Shown piece by piece: positions 10,900 through 22,796 of a stretch of DNA of 64,000 nucleotides. Position numbers and translations under genes: made by a program. Under the pieces are notes generated by a model. It saw nothing but the letters and a program-made list of their open reading frames with translations, was not told the DNA's origin and searched no databases. Source of the DNA: an uncultured SAR86 cluster bacterium (GTDB taxonomy: Bacteria; Pseudomonadota; Gammaproteobacteria; Magnimaribacterales; AG-339-G14); the NCBI GenBank assembly GCA_902570035.1, contig CACFWO010000003.1, forward strand, positions 114,503-178,502, in the 5' to 3' direction. Numbering within the stretch: position 1 is the first letter of the stretch; each line of letters opens with the position of its first letter.

Positions 10900-11093
10900 T
10901 GGCTAAAAATCCATCTCATGCTGATTTAATAAAGGATCTAGAGAAAACTAGATCTGAACTATTAGATCTTAAACTAAAAAGTTCATCTGCTTCTCTTCAG
11001 CAGACGCACCTTTTAAAAGAGAAAAAAAAGGCTGTTGCAAGAATTTTGACTTCGCTTAAACAGCTTAAAAAACAAGAGGTTTCAAATGCCTGA
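10899..11093 (+). CDS. rpmC: 50S ribosomal protein L29
   Basis: 64 aa helical K/L-rich protein between rplP and rpsQ. Conserved operon slot. Confidence 0.9.
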   Translation: MAKNPSHADLIKDLEKTRSELLDLKLKSSSASLQQTHLLKEKKKAVARILTSLKQLKKQEVSNA

Positions 11094-11343
11094 TAAAGCA
11101 ATAAGAACAATGACTGGAATGGTTGTAAGTTGTAATTCTGACAAAACTGCAGTAGCAAAAATAGATAGAACAGTTAAACACCCTAAATTAGGAAAAATAA
11201 TTAGAAGATCCTCGAAGATCAGTTTTCATGATGAGGCAAATGTTTGCTCTCTTGGGGACAAAGTAACTATCAAAGAATGTCGACCAATTTCAAAAACAAA
11301 ATCGTGGACTTTGGTAGAAATACTCAAAGAGGCTAAGTCATGA
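11086..11343 (+). CDS. rpsQ: 30S ribosomal protein S17
   Basis: 85 aa. S17-like [15 protein letters not shown]...HDE. Start overlaps rpmC by 8 nt. Confidence 0.95.
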   Translation: MPDKAIRTMTGMVVSCNSDKTAVAKIDRTVKHPKLGKIIRRSSKISFHDEANVCSLGDKVTIKECRPISKTKSWTLVEILKEAKS

Positions 11344-11708
11344 TTCAAACAGAAACTATCCTAGATGTTGCTGATAACAGTGGTGCCAGAAAAGTGATGT
11401 GTATCAAAGTACTTGGTGGATCTAAAAGACGTTACGCAAGAGTTGGCGATGTTATCAAAGTGGCAATCAAAGAAGCCATCCCAACAGGCAGGGTAAAGAA
11501 AGGTCAGGTTGCAGATGCAGTTGTAGTCAGAACTAAAAAAGATATTCGCAGAGAAGATGGATCAATCGTTAGATTTGATGACAATGCAGCAGTGCTCATA
11601 AATAATCAACAGCAACCAATTGGAACAAGGATTTTTGGTCCTGTTTCCAGAGAGCTGAGATCTAATAATTTCATGAAAATAATTTCTCTAGCACCAGAGG
11701 TAATCTAA
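11340..11708 (+). CDS. rplN: 50S ribosomal protein L14
   Basis: 122 aa. [28 protein letters not shown]. Confidence 0.98.
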   Translation: MIQTETILDVADNSGARKVMCIKVLGGSKRRYARVGDVIKVAIKEAIPTGRVKKGQVADAVVVRTKKDIRREDGSIVRFDDNAAVLINNQQQPIGTRIFGPVSRELRSNNFMKIISLAPEVI

Positions 11709-12019
11709 TGAATAAATTAAAAACTGGTGATGAAGTGATTGTGATATCTGGAAAAGATAAAGGAAAAACTGGAACTCTAACCAAAATTAAAGGCGAAAGA
11801 TGTTTAGTGTCTGGAATAAAACTAGTAAAAAAACACGTGAAACCAAATCCTCAAATCAATGAACCTGGAGGGATTATAGAAAAGGAGTCCTTTATTAATA
11901 TATCTAATATTGCTTTTTACAACAGCAGTACAAAAATGAAAGACAAATTAGAAATTAATTTAAATGAAAAAAAAGAAAAGATCAGAGTTTCTAAATCAAC
12001 AAATAAGGAAGTTAAATAG
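11708..12019 (+). CDS. rplX: 50S ribosomal protein L24
   Basis: 103 aa. KOW motif [16 protein letters not shown]. Confidence 0.96.
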   Translation: MNKLKTGDEVIVISGKDKGKTGTLTKIKGERCLVSGIKLVKKHVKPNPQINEPGGIIEKESFINISNIAFYNSSTKMKDKLEINLNEKKEKIRVSKSTNKEVK

Positions 12020-12021
12020 GA

Positions 12022-12564
12022 ATGTCTATTACTAAAACAAACTATCAGGATAACGTCATCAGTTCACTTAAAGATGATCTTGGCGTTAAAAGCTCCATGG
12101 CTGTCCCCAAAATTACAAAGGTCACAGTAAATATGGGGTTAGGACCAGATGCACTTAATAATCGAAAATCAGTTGATGATGCTATTGCGGATCTTGAATT
12201 AATCGCAGGTCAAAAACCAATAAAGACTTTTGCAAGGAAGTCAGTTGCCAGCTTTAAAGTAAGAGAAGGATTTCCAATTGGATGCAAAGTTACTTTAAGA
12301 GGTAACAGAATGTATGAATTTTTAGATAGGTTATTGTCAATAGCAATTCCAAGGGAAAGAGATTTTAGAGGATTGAATCCTAAATCTTTCGATGGTCAAG
12401 GTAATTACTCATTGGGGATAAAAGAACATATCATCTTCCCTGAAATTGATTACGACAAAGTAGAAAAAATTCGCGGCATGGATATTTGTATTACAACCTC
12501 CGCCAATAATGATAGTGAAGGTTTTGCCCTATTATCAAAATTAAACTTCCCATTTAAAAGCTAA
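12022..12564 (+). CDS. rplE: 50S ribosomal protein L5
   Basis: 180 aa. L5-like ([20 protein letters not shown]). spc-operon order. Confidence 0.97.
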   Translation: MSITKTNYQDNVISSLKDDLGVKSSMAVPKITKVTVNMGLGPDALNNRKSVDDAIADLELIAGQKPIKTFARKSVASFKVREGFPIGCKVTLRGNRMYEFLDRLLSIAIPRERDFRGLNPKSFDGQGNYSLGIKEHIIFPEIDYDKVEKIRGMDICITTSANNDSEGFALLSKLNFPFKS

Positions 12565-12575
12565 AGGAAAAAATT

Positions 12576-12881
12576 ATGGCTAAAGTTTCAATGATTGCTA
12601 GAGAGAATAAAAGAATCAAGATGGTTCAAAAGTTTGCAAAAAAAAGAGAGGAGCTTAAAAAAGTTATCTCAGATATGAATATATCTGATGAAGAAAGATA
12701 TGAGGCAAGATTAAAACTTCAAAAACTTCCAAGAGATGCAAGTCCTGTTCGTCTCCAAAGAAGATGTCAAATAACAGGAAGACCTCACGCTGTTTATAGA
12801 AGGTTTGGCCTTTCAAGAAATAAATTAAGAGAATTGGCTATGAATGGAGATGTTCCAGGATTAGTTAAATCAAGTTGGTAG
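12576..12881 (+). CDS. rpsN: 30S ribosomal protein S14 (long, non-zinc form)
   Basis: 101 aa. Ends ...[17 protein letters not shown]. No CxxC pairs. Confidence 0.97.
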   Translation: MAKVSMIARENKRIKMVQKFAKKREELKKVISDMNISDEERYEARLKLQKLPRDASPVRLQRRCQITGRPHAVYRRFGLSRNKLRELAMNGDVPGLVKSSW

Positions 12882-12890
12882 AGGTTAACA

Positions 12891-13286
12891 ATGAGTATGC
12901 AAGATCCAATTTCTGACATGATTTCTAGAGTGATGAATGCTCAAGCTAGAGGGCATGCAACGGTAAGCTTTTCATCCTCCAAAATTAAAAATGCCATTTG
13001 CTCAGTCCTAGAGAAAGAAGGATTTATATCATCTTTTAAGATTGAGGGTGAGGAGAGCAAAAAAACTATTTTAGTTTCACTCAAATACCATCAAGAATCG
13101 CCGGTTATCAGAGAATTGAAAAGGATAAGTAAACCTGGATTAAGAAAATACTTTTCATCAAAAGAAATTCCTTCAGTCAGAAATGGTTTAGGGGTTGGAA
13201 TCATTACAACAAGCAAAGGAGTTTTGACAGACAAAGAAGCTAGAGAGCATGGGGTAGGCGGAGAATTAATCTGCACTGTATTTTAA
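12891..13286 (+). CDS. rpsH: 30S ribosomal protein S8
   Basis: 131 aa. MSMQDPISDMISRVMNA N-terminus. Confidence 0.97.
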   Translation: MSMQDPISDMISRVMNAQARGHATVSFSSSKIKNAICSVLEKEGFISSFKIEGEESKKTILVSLKYHQESPVIRELKRISKPGLRKYFSSKEIPSVRNGLGVGIITTSKGVLTDKEAREHGVGGELICTVF

Positions 13287-13288
13287 TT

Positions 13289-13822
13289 ATGGCTAGAAAC
13301 ACTGAAAGACCAATTCTAATTCAAGAAGGTATAGAGATATCCCTTGTTGAAAACTTACTTAAAGTTTCGGGCAAGAATGGAGACTTATCTATGGCCATTC
13401 ATCCATCAGTAATGGCTTCCGCTCCCGAGAAAGAACTAGTATTTTCTCCTAAAGAAGAAACAAAGGAATCTATCGCAATGGTTGGGACAATGAGGGCTTT
13501 AGCAATAAATATGATTAAAGGAGTTTCCCACGGTTTTGAAAAAAAATTAGAAATTAATGGCGTTGGTTACAGAGCAAAGCTTTCTGGAGATAAATTGGAA
13601 CTCTCTCTGGGATTCTCTCATCCAGTTATTTACCAGCTGCCTGAAGGGGTAAACGCCGACGTGCCTTCTCAAACTGAAGTTATTTTAAAGTCAGCTAATA
13701 AACAACTTTTAGGAGAAACCGCTGCAAAAATTAGATCATTTAGACCCCCAGAACCTTATAAAGGAAAAGGGGTTAAATATGCCGAAGAAAGAATCAAACG
13801 AAAAGAATCTAAGAAGGCTTAA
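13289..13822 (+). CDS. rplF: 50S ribosomal protein L6
   Basis: 177 aa. L6-like sequence ([14 protein letters not shown]). Operon order. Confidence 0.97.
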   Translation: MARNTERPILIQEGIEISLVENLLKVSGKNGDLSMAIHPSVMASAPEKELVFSPKEETKESIAMVGTMRALAINMIKGVSHGFEKKLEINGVGYRAKLSGDKLELSLGFSHPVIYQLPEGVNADVPSQTEVILKSANKQLLGETAAKIRSFRPPEPYKGKGVKYAEERIKRKESKKA

Positions 13823-13824
13823 GC

Positions 13825-14175
13825 ATGAGTGATAAATTTACCGCGAGACAAAGAAGATCTAGGAAGCTCAGATCTAAGACTAAAGAAATGAGTAATCATA
13901 GGCTATCTATTTTTAGATCCAACAATCAGATTTATGCTCAGGTTTTTTCTCCTGATGGAAAAGAAGTGCTTGCGCATGCTTCTTCTGCAGATAAAGAAGC
14001 AAAGATTGATAAAGGTGGAAATCAAGAAGCCGCAAAAAAAGTTGGAGAATTGGTTGCTAAAAGAGCTATCGAGAAAGGAATTAAAAAGGTTACGTTTGAT
14101 AGATCGGGATATAAATATCATGGTCGTGTAAAGAGTTTGGCTGAATCTGCACGTGAAGCGGGCTTAGAATTTTGA
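13825..14175 (+). CDS. rplR: 50S ribosomal protein L18
   Basis: 116 aa. L18-like ([41 protein letters not shown]). Confidence 0.96.
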   Translation: MSDKFTARQRRSRKLRSKTKEMSNHRLSIFRSNNQIYAQVFSPDGKEVLAHASSADKEAKIDKGGNQEAAKKVGELVAKRAIEKGIKKVTFDRSGYKYHGRVKSLAESAREAGLEF

Positions 14176-14181
14176 GGAATT

Positions 14182-14664
14182 ATGGAAGAAAATATAGATC
14201 AGTTTAGTAATGAAGCTCTAGAAGAAAAACTTGTAGGAGTTAATAGAGTAGCAAAAGTTGTAAAAGGCGGAAGAATCTTTGGGTTCACAGCTCTTACCGT
14301 GGTAGGAGATGGAGCAGGCAAGGTTGGTTTCGGAAGAGGAAAGGCCAGAGAAGTTCCTATGGCAATTCAAAAAGCATTAGAAAATGCCAGAAAAAACATG
14401 ATCAAGATTGAACTTAAAGGTTCTACTCTCCATTACCCGGTTAAATCAACTCATGGAAGTTCCACTGTTTATATGCAACCGGCTTCACCAGGTACGGGAG
14501 TCATTGCAGGTGGTGCGATGCGAGCTGTCCTTGAGTTAGCTGGCATTAAAGATGTATTAGCTAAAACATATGGCTCAACCAACCCTATTAATGTTGTAAG
14601 AGCAACTGTGAAGGGATTAGCAAGCGTTGAATCACCAGAACAGGTTGCAGAAAGGAGATCTTAA
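14182..14664 (+). CDS. rpsE: 30S ribosomal protein S5
   Basis: 160 aa. [24 protein letters not shown]. Confidence 0.97.
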   Translation: MEENIDQFSNEALEEKLVGVNRVAKVVKGGRIFGFTALTVVGDGAGKVGFGRGKAREVPMAIQKALENARKNMIKIELKGSTLHYPVKSTHGSSTVYMQPASPGTGVIAGGAMRAVLELAGIKDVLAKTYGSTNPINVVRATVKGLASVESPEQVAERRS

Positions 14665-14673
14665 GAGGAAGAA

Positions 14674-14856
14674 ATGTCCAACGAAACGATTAGAGTTAAA
14701 TTAAAGAGAGGTTTAGCAGGCTCGATGAAAAATCAGAGACTTTCTGTAAAAGGACTGGGGTTGAAAAAAATTAATCAAGTAGTTGAGGTTCAAAACACGC
14801 CTGAAAATCTAGGCATGATCAAGAAAGCTCATCATCTACTGGAGGTCTTAGATTAA
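14674..14856 (+). CDS. rpmD: 50S ribosomal protein L30
   Basis: 60 aa. Position between rpsE and rplO. L30-like sequence. Confidence 0.93.
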   Translation: MSNETIRVKLKRGLAGSMKNQRLSVKGLGLKKINQVVEVQNTPENLGMIKKAHHLLEVLD

Positions 14857-15294
14857 ATGTTAAAACTTAATAACCTTCAAAGAACAATTAAAAATAAAGC
14901 CTCTAAGCGTGTTGGCAGAGGAACAGGATCTGGTTCAGGGAAAACATCAGGAAGAGGACATAAAGGTCAAAAGGCAAGATCTGGGGCTTCCATAAGACCA
15001 GGATTTGAAGGAGGCCAAATGCCTATCCAACAAAGGCTTCCGAAGTTTGGATTCTCTTCTAGACAAAAACCATACAGTACACATATAAAACTCAGGGATA
15101 TAGAAAAGCTTGCTGAAGATCATATTACTTTAGAGGTTTTGAAGAAAAATAAAATCATTTCAAACAAGATAAAAAAAGTGAAGATCATTAATGGCGGTGA
15201 ATTGACAAAAACAGTGAAAATTGAGGGTTTATCCGTTTCTAAATCTGTTGAAGAATTAATTAATAAACTAGGTGGAGAAGTTATAAGTGGCTAG
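14857..15294 (+). CDS. rplO: 50S ribosomal protein L15
   Basis: 145 aa. [24 protein letters not shown]. Confidence 0.96.
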   Translation: MLKLNNLQRTIKNKASKRVGRGTGSGSGKTSGRGHKGQKARSGASIRPGFEGGQMPIQQRLPKFGFSSRQKPYSTHIKLRDIEKLAEDHITLEVLKKNKIISNKIKKVKIINGGELTKTVKIEGLSVSKSVEELINKLGGEVISG

Positions 15295-16594
15295 AAATCC
15301 AGCCAAATCATCTGGATTGTCTGAACTTTGGGCAAGGCTTAGATTTGTTCTTTACGCAATAATTATTTATAGGATTGGAACTCATATTCCTGTTCCAGGG
15401 ATTGATCCTATGAAACTTTCTTCTTTATTCGATCAAAATCAAGGAACTCTTTTAGGTTTATTTAATATGTTTTCCGGAGGTGCGCTAGAAAGGATGAGCA
15501 TCATGGCTTTAAATGTTGTTCCTTACATTACTGCGGCTATTGTGATGAATCTATTGGAGGCCACAACTCCAAGCCTAAAAAAAATGTTTAGACAGGAAGG
15601 GGAAGTCGGAAGACGAAAAAGGACCAACTATGTTCGTCTGGGCACTTTAGGACTTGCAATCGTTCAATCGAGTGGTTTTGCTATTGCATTATCAAGTCAA
15701 GGGCTAGCTAGCACTCCTGGAAATATGTTTATTGTTACTGCAGTTATTTCTTTTGTTACTGGAACAATGTTTTTGGTATGGCTTGGAGAACAGGTAAATG
15801 AGAGAGGCATAGGAAATGGAATATCTCTTATTATTTTTGCCAGTATTGTTTCTGGATTGCCAAGAGCAATAGGTCAGTCATTTGAAGGAGCAAGACAAGG
15901 AGAAATTAACTTAATCGTACTTTTATCTGTTGCTCTTCTCGCAATATTGGCAATTGCTTTTATTGTTTGGGTAGAAAGGGCGCAAAGAAGAGTTTCGGTT
16001 AATTATGCTAAGAGACAAATCGGTAACCAGATGGCTATGGGGCAAACTTCTCATGTACCATTGAAAGTAAATATGTCAGGTGTAATTCCTGCAATCTTTG
16101 CTTCATCGATAGTTCTTTTTCCAGCCTCAATTAGTACATGGTTTGGTCAATCTGAAGGTTTTGAGTGGTTGCAAGAAATTTCATTGGCTTTAAGTCCTGG
16201 ACAACCCCTATATGTAATAGTTTTTGCAGTTTTGATAGCTTATTTCTGTTTCTTTTACACCGCCATTCAATTTCCGGCAAAAGATATTTCAGATAATCTA
16301 AAAAGATCTGGTGGATTCTTACCTGGAATAAGACCTGGCGATCAAACAGAAGGCTACATTGACAGTGTAATGTCTAGATTAACGGTGTGGGGATCAATAT
16401 ACATGATTGCAGTATGCTTACTTCCTCAATTCTTAATTGTTTCCGCAAATGTACCTTTTTATCTCGGGGGAACATCACTTTTAATTGCTGTAGTAGTAGT
16501 CATGGACTTCATGGCTCAGGTACAATCGCACCTTTTATCTAGTCAATATGAGTCTTTAATGAAAAAAGCTAATTTAAAAAATTATAGAAGGTAA
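15287..16594 (+). CDS. secY: preprotein translocase subunit SecY
   Basis: 435 aa polytopic membrane protein at the conserved spc-operon slot. GTG start overlaps rplO by 8 nt. Confidence 0.97.
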   Translation: MARNPAKSSGLSELWARLRFVLYAIIIYRIGTHIPVPGIDPMKLSSLFDQNQGTLLGLFNMFSGGALERMSIMALNVVPYITAAIVMNLLEATTPSLKKMFRQEGEVGRRKRTNYVRLGTLGLAIVQSSGFAIALSSQGLASTPGNMFIVTAVISFVTGTMFLVWLGEQVNERGIGNGISLIIFASIVSGLPRAIGQSFEGARQGEINLIVLLSVALLAILAIAFIVWVERAQRRVSVNYAKRQIGNQMAMGQTSHVPLKVNMSGVIPAIFASSIVLFPASISTWFGQSEGFEWLQEISLALSPGQPLYVIVFAVLIAYFCFFYTAIQFPAKDISDNLKRSGGFLPGIRPGDQTEGYIDSVMSRLTVWGSIYMIAVCLLPQFLIVSANVPFYLGGTSLLIAVVVVMDFMAQVQSHLLSSQYESLMKKANLKNYRR

Positions 16595-16596
16595 TT

Positions 16597-16713
16597 ATGA
16601 AAGTAAGAGCTTCAGTAAAAAAAATGTGCAAGGATTGCAAGATAATCAAAAGACACGGCACCGTTTTTGTTATCTGTAACAATGAACCAAGACACAAACA
16701 GAGGCAGGGGTAA
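16597..16713 (+). CDS. rpmJ: 50S ribosomal protein L36 (zinc-ribbon form)
   Basis: Not in the ORF track (38 aa). My translation of ATG 16597 to TAA 16711-16713 is [38 protein letters not shown], with the C-x2-C...C-x5-H pattern. Confidence 0.92.
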   Translation: MKVRASVKKMCKDCKIIKRHGTVFVICNNEPRHKQRQG

Positions 16714-16718
16714 TAAAT

Positions 16719-17075
16719 ATGGCTAGGGTAGCAGGTGTAAATATTCCAGATAAAAAACAAGCTTGGGTTTCTTTAACTCATATATTTGGTATTGGCAGAA
16801 CGAGAGCATTGTCTATTTGTGATCAATTGGGCATTGAAAAAACTTCTTTGATCGGAAGTTTGAGCGAGGAAGATTTAGAAAAACTTCGAAAAGCTGTAAA
16901 TGAGTTTCTTGTAGAAGGAGATTTAAGAAGAGAAATAAGTACCAATATAAAAAGACTTATGGATTTAGGAACTTTGAGAGGAATGAGGCATAGGAAACAT
17001 TTACCTGTTAGAGGGCAAAGAACAAAAACTAACGCTAGAACCAGAAAAGGGCCTAGAAAACCTATTAGAAGATAA
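16719..17075 (+). CDS. rpsM: 30S ribosomal protein S13
   Basis: 118 aa. [14 protein letters not shown]-terminus. Starts 5 nt after rpmJ. Confidence 0.98.
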   Translation: MARVAGVNIPDKKQAWVSLTHIFGIGRTRALSICDQLGIEKTSLIGSLSEEDLEKLRKAVNEFLVEGDLRREISTNIKRLMDLGTLRGMRHRKHLPVRGQRTKTNARTRKGPRKPIRR

Positions 17076-17077
17076 AT

Positions 17078-17464
17078 ATGGCAAAACAAGGGACAAAATC
17101 TAAAAAAAATAGCCGAACATACAATGATGCTGTTGCGCATATATACGCTACATTTAATAACACCATCATTAATATTACGGACAAACAAGGAAATACTTTA
17201 ACTTGGGCAAGCGCTGGTGGATCAGGTTTCAAAGGATCAAGAAAAAGTACTCCTTTTGCAGCTCAGGTAGCAGCTTCAAAGGCTGGAGATGCTGCTAAAA
17301 ACTTTGGAATAAATAATTTGGAAATTGAAGTTTCTGGACCTGGAGCAGGTCGAGAATCAGCAGTTAGAGCTTTGAATGGTTGCGGTTTTAAGATTACAAA
17401 AATTTCGGATGTAACTCCTATTCCTCACAATGGGTGTCGTCCTCCAAAAAAGAGAAGGGTGTAA
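17078..17464 (+). CDS. rpsK: 30S ribosomal protein S11
   Basis: 128 aa. ...[21 protein letters not shown]-terminus. Confidence 0.97.
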   Translation: MAKQGTKSKKNSRTYNDAVAHIYATFNNTIINITDKQGNTLTWASAGGSGFKGSRKSTPFAAQVAASKAGDAAKNFGINNLEIEVSGPGAGRESAVRALNGCGFKITKISDVTPIPHNGCRPPKKRRV

Positions 17465-17465
17465 A

Positions 17466-18086
17466 GTGGCAAGATACAGAGGACCAAGAAATAAATTATC
17501 GCGCAGGGAGGGGACCGATCTGTTTTTAACAAGTGGGTATAGGTCATACGAATCCAAAATAAGATCTGAAAATCCTCCTGGACATCATGGGGCAAAAAGA
17601 ATCAGAACTTCAGACTATGGTTTACAGTTGAGAGAAAAGCAAAAAGTAAAAAGAATGTATGGCGTTCTAGAAAGACAATTTAGAAATTATTACAAGGCTG
17701 CAGCTAGCAGTAGAGGCGAGACAGGAACAAGTCTCCTTCAATTTTTGGAGGCTAGATTAGATAACGTGGTCTATAGAATGGGATTTGCTGCTACTCGTGC
17801 CGAAGCAAGACAATTGGTTAATCATAAGTCAGTTTTGGTTAATGGAAAAAAAGTAAACATTCCTTCTTATCAAGTAGCGGAGGGAGACGAGATAAGTATT
17901 TCTGAGAAATCAAGAAATCAAAAAAGAATTTCTCAATCTTTTGAGATTTTCAAGACAAGAGAGCCTTGTGAATGGATTGAGGTTAACCACGATAACTTTT
18001 CAGGCATTTACAAAAATACTCCAGACAGAGATTTGCTTAGCAGTGAAATTAATGAAAGTTTTATTGTTGAGCTTTATTCAAGATAA
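17466..18086 (+). CDS. rpsD: 30S ribosomal protein S4
   Basis: The track ORF (17430) runs back into rpsK. The homolog-like N-terminus (M)[19 protein letters not shown] begins at in-frame GTG 17466, 1 nt after the rpsK stop. Confidence 0.96.
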   Translation: MARYRGPRNKLSRREGTDLFLTSGYRSYESKIRSENPPGHHGAKRIRTSDYGLQLREKQKVKRMYGVLERQFRNYYKAAASSRGETGTSLLQFLEARLDNVVYRMGFAATRAEARQLVNHKSVLVNGKKVNIPSYQVAEGDEISISEKSRNQKRISQSFEIFKTREPCEWIEVNHDNFSGIYKNTPDRDLLSSEINESFIVELYSR

Positions 18087-18104
18087 TTTTAAAGAGGATA
18101 TTCT

Positions 18105-19097
18105 ATGACAGATAATTTCGATATGATCAAAGACTTCTTAACTCCCAAAGAAATTTTGGTAGAAGAAGTTGATTCAAACAATTCAAAAATAGTATTAGAA
18201 CCTCTTGAAAGAGGTTTTGGACATACCTTGGGAAATGCTCTTAGAAGGATAATTTTATCTTCAATCCCCGGTGCGGCGGTTTCTGAAGCAAAAATTAATG
18301 GCGTTCTCCACGAGTTTGGCTCTATTGATGGAGTTAAAGAGGATGTCATTAATATCCTTTTAAATTTAAAAGGTCTTTCTGTAAGACTTTCAGATCAAGA
18401 AGAAGTCGAAATATCAGTAAATAAGTCAGGATCAGGAGATATCAAAGGTAGTGATTTTGAACTTCCTGCTGGAGTTGAGATTGTAAATCCTGATCACGTA
18501 GTTGCAACTCTAGCTGACAAAGGCTCCCTTGAGATGACGGCAAAAGTTACCAAGGGTAGAGGTTATGTTCCTGTAGATATCATCGCTTTGGCGGAGAGCG
18601 AAGATACTGAGGTTGGCTCACTAAAGATTGATGCTTCATACAGTCCAATTAAAAAAGTTTCTTATTTAGTTGAAAATGCAAGGGTAGAAAATAGAACTGA
18701 CCTAGACAAGCTTATTCTTGAGGTTGAAACCAATGGAACAATCGATCCTGAAGAGATTGTGAGGTTAGCAGCGACTATTTTACAAAGACAATTAATGGCT
18801 TTTGCTGAATTAGGGTTTGAAACCGAAGAGCCAGAGGAAGATGAAACTCCTCCTGTTGATCCAATTATGCTGAGGCCTGTAGACGAACTTGAATTAACAG
18901 TGAGATCAGCCAATTGTCTAAAAGTAGAAAAGATCCATTACATTGGAGACTTAGTAACTCGAAAGGAATCTGATCTTCTAAGAACTCCTAATCTGGGTAG
19001 AAAGTCACTTAATGAAATCAAAGAAGTTCTAGCAGCAAGAGGATTATCTTTAGGTTTAGAGCTTGAGAATTGGCCCCCGTCAAATGTTGAAGGTTAA
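18105..19097 (+). CDS. rpoA: DNA-directed RNA polymerase subunit alpha
   Basis: 330 aa. [22 protein letters not shown]-type N-terminal domain and C-terminal [11 protein letters not shown]...[10 protein letters not shown]. Confidence 0.98.
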   Translation: MTDNFDMIKDFLTPKEILVEEVDSNNSKIVLEPLERGFGHTLGNALRRIILSSIPGAAVSEAKINGVLHEFGSIDGVKEDVINILLNLKGLSVRLSDQEEVEISVNKSGSGDIKGSDFELPAGVEIVNPDHVVATLADKGSLEMTAKVTKGRGYVPVDIIALAESEDTEVGSLKIDASYSPIKKVSYLVENARVENRTDLDKLILEVETNGTIDPEEIVRLAATILQRQLMAFAELGFETEEPEEDETPPVDPIMLRPVDELELTVRSANCLKVEKIHYIGDLVTRKESDLLRTPNLGRKSLNEIKEVLAARGLSLGLELENWPPSNVEG

Positions 19098-19100
19098 TAG

Positions 19101-19493
19101 ATGAGACACCAAAAAACAGGTAGAAAATTTGGTCGCACAAGCGATCAGAGAAAAGCTATGTTTAAAAACATGGTTATTTCTTTAATCGAGACCGAATCTA
19201 TAAAAACCACTGTTCCAAAGGCAAAAGAACTTAGAGGTGTCTTTGAGCCATTAGTTACATTGGCTAAAGTAGATTCTGTTGCTAACAGAAGAAGGGCCTT
19301 TTCAAAACTGAGAAATGATTCTGCAGTCGGAAAACTTTTTTCAGACCTGGGGCCTAGATTTAAAGATAGACCTGGTGGATACCTTAGAATCATCAAGATG
19401 GGACCAAGACCCGGTGACGCAGCCCCAATGGCTTTTGTAGAGCTTACCGATAAGTCTGAGGATTCTTCTGAAGAGATATCTCAAGAAGATTAA
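19101..19493 (+). CDS. rplQ: 50S ribosomal protein L17
   Basis: 130 aa. [21 protein letters not shown]-terminus. Acidic C-terminal tail. Confidence 0.97.
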   Translation: MRHQKTGRKFGRTSDQRKAMFKNMVISLIETESIKTTVPKAKELRGVFEPLVTLAKVDSVANRRRAFSKLRNDSAVGKLFSDLGPRFKDRPGGYLRIIKMGPRPGDAAPMAFVELTDKSEDSSEEISQED

Positions 19494-22303
19494 TTTAGCA
19501 TTTCCTTTAGAAATCTCCCGGTATGAGACTTTTTAATTTTTGAAATTTCTTCTGGAGTTCCTTCTCCAATAATTTCTCCGCCACCCGATCCACCTTCTGG
19601 ACCAAGATCTATTATCCAATCAGAATTAACAATCACATCTAAGTTATGCTCGATGATGACAACAGTATTGCCTTGTTCATTCAATTTATTGATCACTTTT
19701 AATAGTAGGTTTACATCATGGAAATGAAGACCAGTTGTTGGTTCATCCAATAGATAAAGTGTATCCCCTGTGGCTACCTTGCCAAGCTCTTTAGCAAGTT
19801 TTACTCTTTGGGCTTCGCCTCCAGATAATGTAGTAGCAGGTTGGCCAATTTTGATATAACTCAAACCCACATCATAAAGAGTTTGTAATTTTCTTTTGAT
19901 GGTTGGAATCGAATCAAAAAATTTCAAAGATTCTTCAACGTTCATATCAAGAACCTCGAAGATATTTTTACCCTTGAATTTTACCTCAAGCGTTTCTTTG
20001 TTGTATCTTTTTCCATCACAAACATCACATTTAACATAGACGTCCGGCAGAAAATGCATTTCTACCTTAATTAAACCATCTCCTTGGCAATTTTCACATC
20101 TGCCGCCTTTAACATTGAAGCTGAACCTTCCTGGCTTATAGCCTCGAGCTCTTGCCTCTTCCGTTTCTGAAAATAGCTCTCTGATAGGCGTGAATATTCC
20201 TGTGTAAGTAACAGGATTTGATCTTGGAGTTCTTCCTATTGGGGACTGACTAATCTCAATAATTTTATCCAATTTTTTTTCACCTGAAATATTTTCAAAT
20301 TCTTGACAGTCATAGTTAGATTTTTGAATCTTATTTGCCAAAGCAGGATATAAAGTTTGATTGATCAGCGTAGATTTTCCAGAGCCGGAAACGCCAGTAA
20401 TGCTGATAATTTTTCCCAAAGGTAAATTTAAATTAACATTCTTGAGATTGTTCCCATTGCATCCCTTAATACACAGAGAACCTTTTTCAGATTTCTCAAA
20501 TTTATCAATCTTAATTTCTTTTTTTCCGGATAAATATTGTCCGGTTAACGAACTCTCTTTTTTCAGAATCTCTTTATAATTGCCCGCAAAACTGACAAAC
20601 CCTCCATGAATACCTGCCCCTGGACCGATATCAATAATATGATCAGCACATTCTATTGTCTCTTTATCATGCTCAACGACGATAACCGTATTTCCTAAAT
20701 CTTTTAATCTAAACAAAGTAGACAGAAGTCTCTTATTATCTCTTTGATGAAGGCCAATTGATGGTTCATCAAGAATGTATGTAACTCCAACGAGCCCAGC
20801 ACCTATTTGACTGGCAAGTCTTATTCTTTGTGCTTCTCCTCCACTTAAAGTTTCGGCACTTCTTGATAATGTCAGATAATTAAGTCCTACATCAGATAAA
20901 AATTTTAACCTTTCTTTCAGCTCCTTTACTACCTTCTCTGCAATTGCTCCCTTTTTGCCCTTCAAATTCAAGTTATTAAAAAAATCAAGGCAATCATCAA
21001 TGGTCATGTTTGTTATATCCCAAAGCTCTTTCCCATCTATCTTCACAGATCTTGCCTCTTTATTTAATCTTGAGCCATCACATGATATACAAACTGTATT
21101 GGTCATATATTTGGATAAATATTCTCTAGAAAAAGCTGATTCACTCTCTCTAAATCTTCTATCAATATTATTAAGCACACCTTCGAAAGGTTTAAATGAT
21201 TCTCTGAGATTCCCTCTTTTAGAAACATAACTAAAATCTATAATTTCCCCTTTACTACCATTCAGTATTTTTTCTTTGATATCTTCAGACAAATCCTCGA
21301 AGGATTCATCCAGGGAAATGCCATAGTGTTTTGCTACTCTGTTGAGAAGATAGTGATGATACATCTGACTTGAATCCCATCCTTCAATTGCCCCTTGATT
21401 TAAGCTTAATTCAGGTCTAACAATAACTTTTCTTCTATCAACTTGAGACTTCTGGCCTAATCCATCGCAATCATCGCAAGCTCCAGAAGGGCTATTGAAA
21501 GAAAATAGTCTAGGTTCTAATGAAGCAATGCTGAAACCACATTCAGTGCAAGCCATTTTTGTTGAAAATGTTATGTCTTTTTTAGATTCATCGAGGAAAG
21601 AGATAGTCACTATTCCATCTGACTCTCTCAAAGCAGTTTCTATTGATTCAGATAATCTTGATTTATTTTTCTTCGTAATAGATAGCCTATCAATAACAAT
21701 ATCAATATCATGTTTTTTATTTTTATTAAGTTGAGGCAGATTATCTAGATCAATGATTTCTCCATTTATCTTTGCTCTAATAAATCCTCTCACCTTAAGG
21801 TCGTTAAGTAGGATTAAGTGCTCACCTTTTTGCTGACTTACTATAGGACATAAGATAATAGATCTTTCATTTTCCTCATCTTTAAAAAGTTTATCGACTA
21901 TCTGATCGATGCTTTGAGACTCAAGGGAGATTCCATGATCTGGACAAAAAGGCGTGCCGACCCTTGCATAAAGTAGCCTCAAATAGTCATATATTTCAGT
22001 AACAGTCCCAACCGTAGACCTTGGATTATGAGAAGTGGATTTTTGCTCTATTGAAATAGCGGGGGACAAACCATTAATATGATCGACATCGGGCTTATCC
22101 ATAACTGATAAAAATTGTCTCGCATAAGAAGACAATGATTCAACATACCTTCTTTGACCTTCAGCATACAAAGTATCAAATGCTAAAGAAGACTTCCCTG
22201 ACCCAGAAAGCCCTGTGATAACGGTAAGTTTATCTCGAGGAATTATCACATCGATGTTTTTAAGATTATGCTGTTTAGCACCTTTGACTTCGATATTTTT
22301 CAT
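19490..22303 (-). CDS. uvrA: excinuclease ABC subunit A
   Basis: 937 aa. Two ABC ATPase modules ([23 protein letters not shown]; [10 protein letters not shown]), LSGGEAQR signatures and Cys zinc modules. Confidence 0.98.
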   Translation of the reverse strand: MKNIEVKGAKQHNLKNIDVIIPRDKLTVITGLSGSGKSSLAFDTLYAEGQRRYVESLSSYARQFLSVMDKPDVDHINGLSPAISIEQKSTSHNPRSTVGTVTEIYDYLRLLYARVGTPFCPDHGISLESQSIDQIVDKLFKDEENERSIILCPIVSQQKGEHLILLNDLKVRGFIRAKINGEIIDLDNLPQLNKNKKHDIDIVIDRLSITKKNKSRLSESIETALRESDGIVTISFLDESKKDITFSTKMACTECGFSIASLEPRLFSFNSPSGACDDCDGLGQKSQVDRRKVIVRPELSLNQGAIEGWDSSQMYHHYLLNRVAKHYGISLDESFEDLSEDIKEKILNGSKGEIIDFSYVSKRGNLRESFKPFEGVLNNIDRRFRESESAFSREYLSKYMTNTVCISCDGSRLNKEARSVKIDGKELWDITNMTIDDCLDFFNNLNLKGKKGAIAEKVVKELKERLKFLSDVGLNYLTLSRSAETLSGGEAQRIRLASQIGAGLVGVTYILDEPSIGLHQRDNKRLLSTLFRLKDLGNTVIVVEHDKETIECADHIIDIGPGAGIHGGFVSFAGNYKEILKKESSLTGQYLSGKKEIKIDKFEKSEKGSLCIKGCNGNNLKNVNLNLPLGKIISITGVSGSGKSTLINQTLYPALANKIQKSNYDCQEFENISGEKKLDKIIEISQSPIGRTPRSNPVTYTGIFTPIRELFSETEEARARGYKPGRFSFNVKGGRCENCQGDGLIKVEMHFLPDVYVKCDVCDGKRYNKETLEVKFKGKNIFEVLDMNVEESLKFFDSIPTIKRKLQTLYDVGLSYIKIGQPATTLSGGEAQRVKLAKELGKVATGDTLYLLDEPTTGLHFHDVNLLLKVINKLNEQGNTVVIIEHNLDVIVNSDWIIDLGPEGGSGGGEIIGEGTPEEISKIKKSHTGRFLKEMLN

Positions 22304-22364
22304 TTATTTATAAATAGTTTTTCAGATGGATTATAATGAATTTACATTAAAAATAAGGTGCATT

Positions 22365-22796
22365 ATGGCTCGAAGCGGAATAAATAAGGTTATATTAGTT
22401 GGTAATCTCGGCAAAGATCCTGACATGAGGTATACGGCAGGAGGTGATGCAGTTGCAAATTTGAGTATAGCTACATCTGAAAGCTGGAACGATAATCAAA
22501 CTGGAGAAAAAAAGGAAAAAACTGAGTGGCATAGAGTTGTTTTTTTTAGAAGAATTGCAGAAGTTTGTGGGGAGTATTTAAAAAAAGGTTCTTCTGTTTA
22601 TATTGAGGGATCATTAAGAACAAGAGATTGGGAAGACGATAAAGGAAATAAGAGATATACAACAGAGATTATTGGAAGAGAAATGCAAATGTTAGGAGGA
22701 CGAAGATCTGAGGATAATATGGATCAGAGCCCTCAGATGAATAGTTCTAGTCCTCAACCTGAGGAGGGGCTCATAGACGATGAAATTCCTTTTTAG
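22365..22796 (+). CDS. ssb: single-stranded DNA-binding protein
   Basis: Homolog-like start [19 protein letters not shown] at ATG 22365 (the track ORF starts 39 nt earlier). OB-fold region TEWHRVVFF and acidic tip DDEIPF. Confidence 0.95.
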   Translation: MARSGINKVILVGNLGKDPDMRYTAGGDAVANLSIATSESWNDNQTGEKKEKTEWHRVVFFRRIAEVCGEYLKKGSSVYIEGSLRTRDWEDDKGNKRYTTEIIGREMQMLGGRRSEDNMDQSPQMNSSSPQPEEGLIDDEIPF

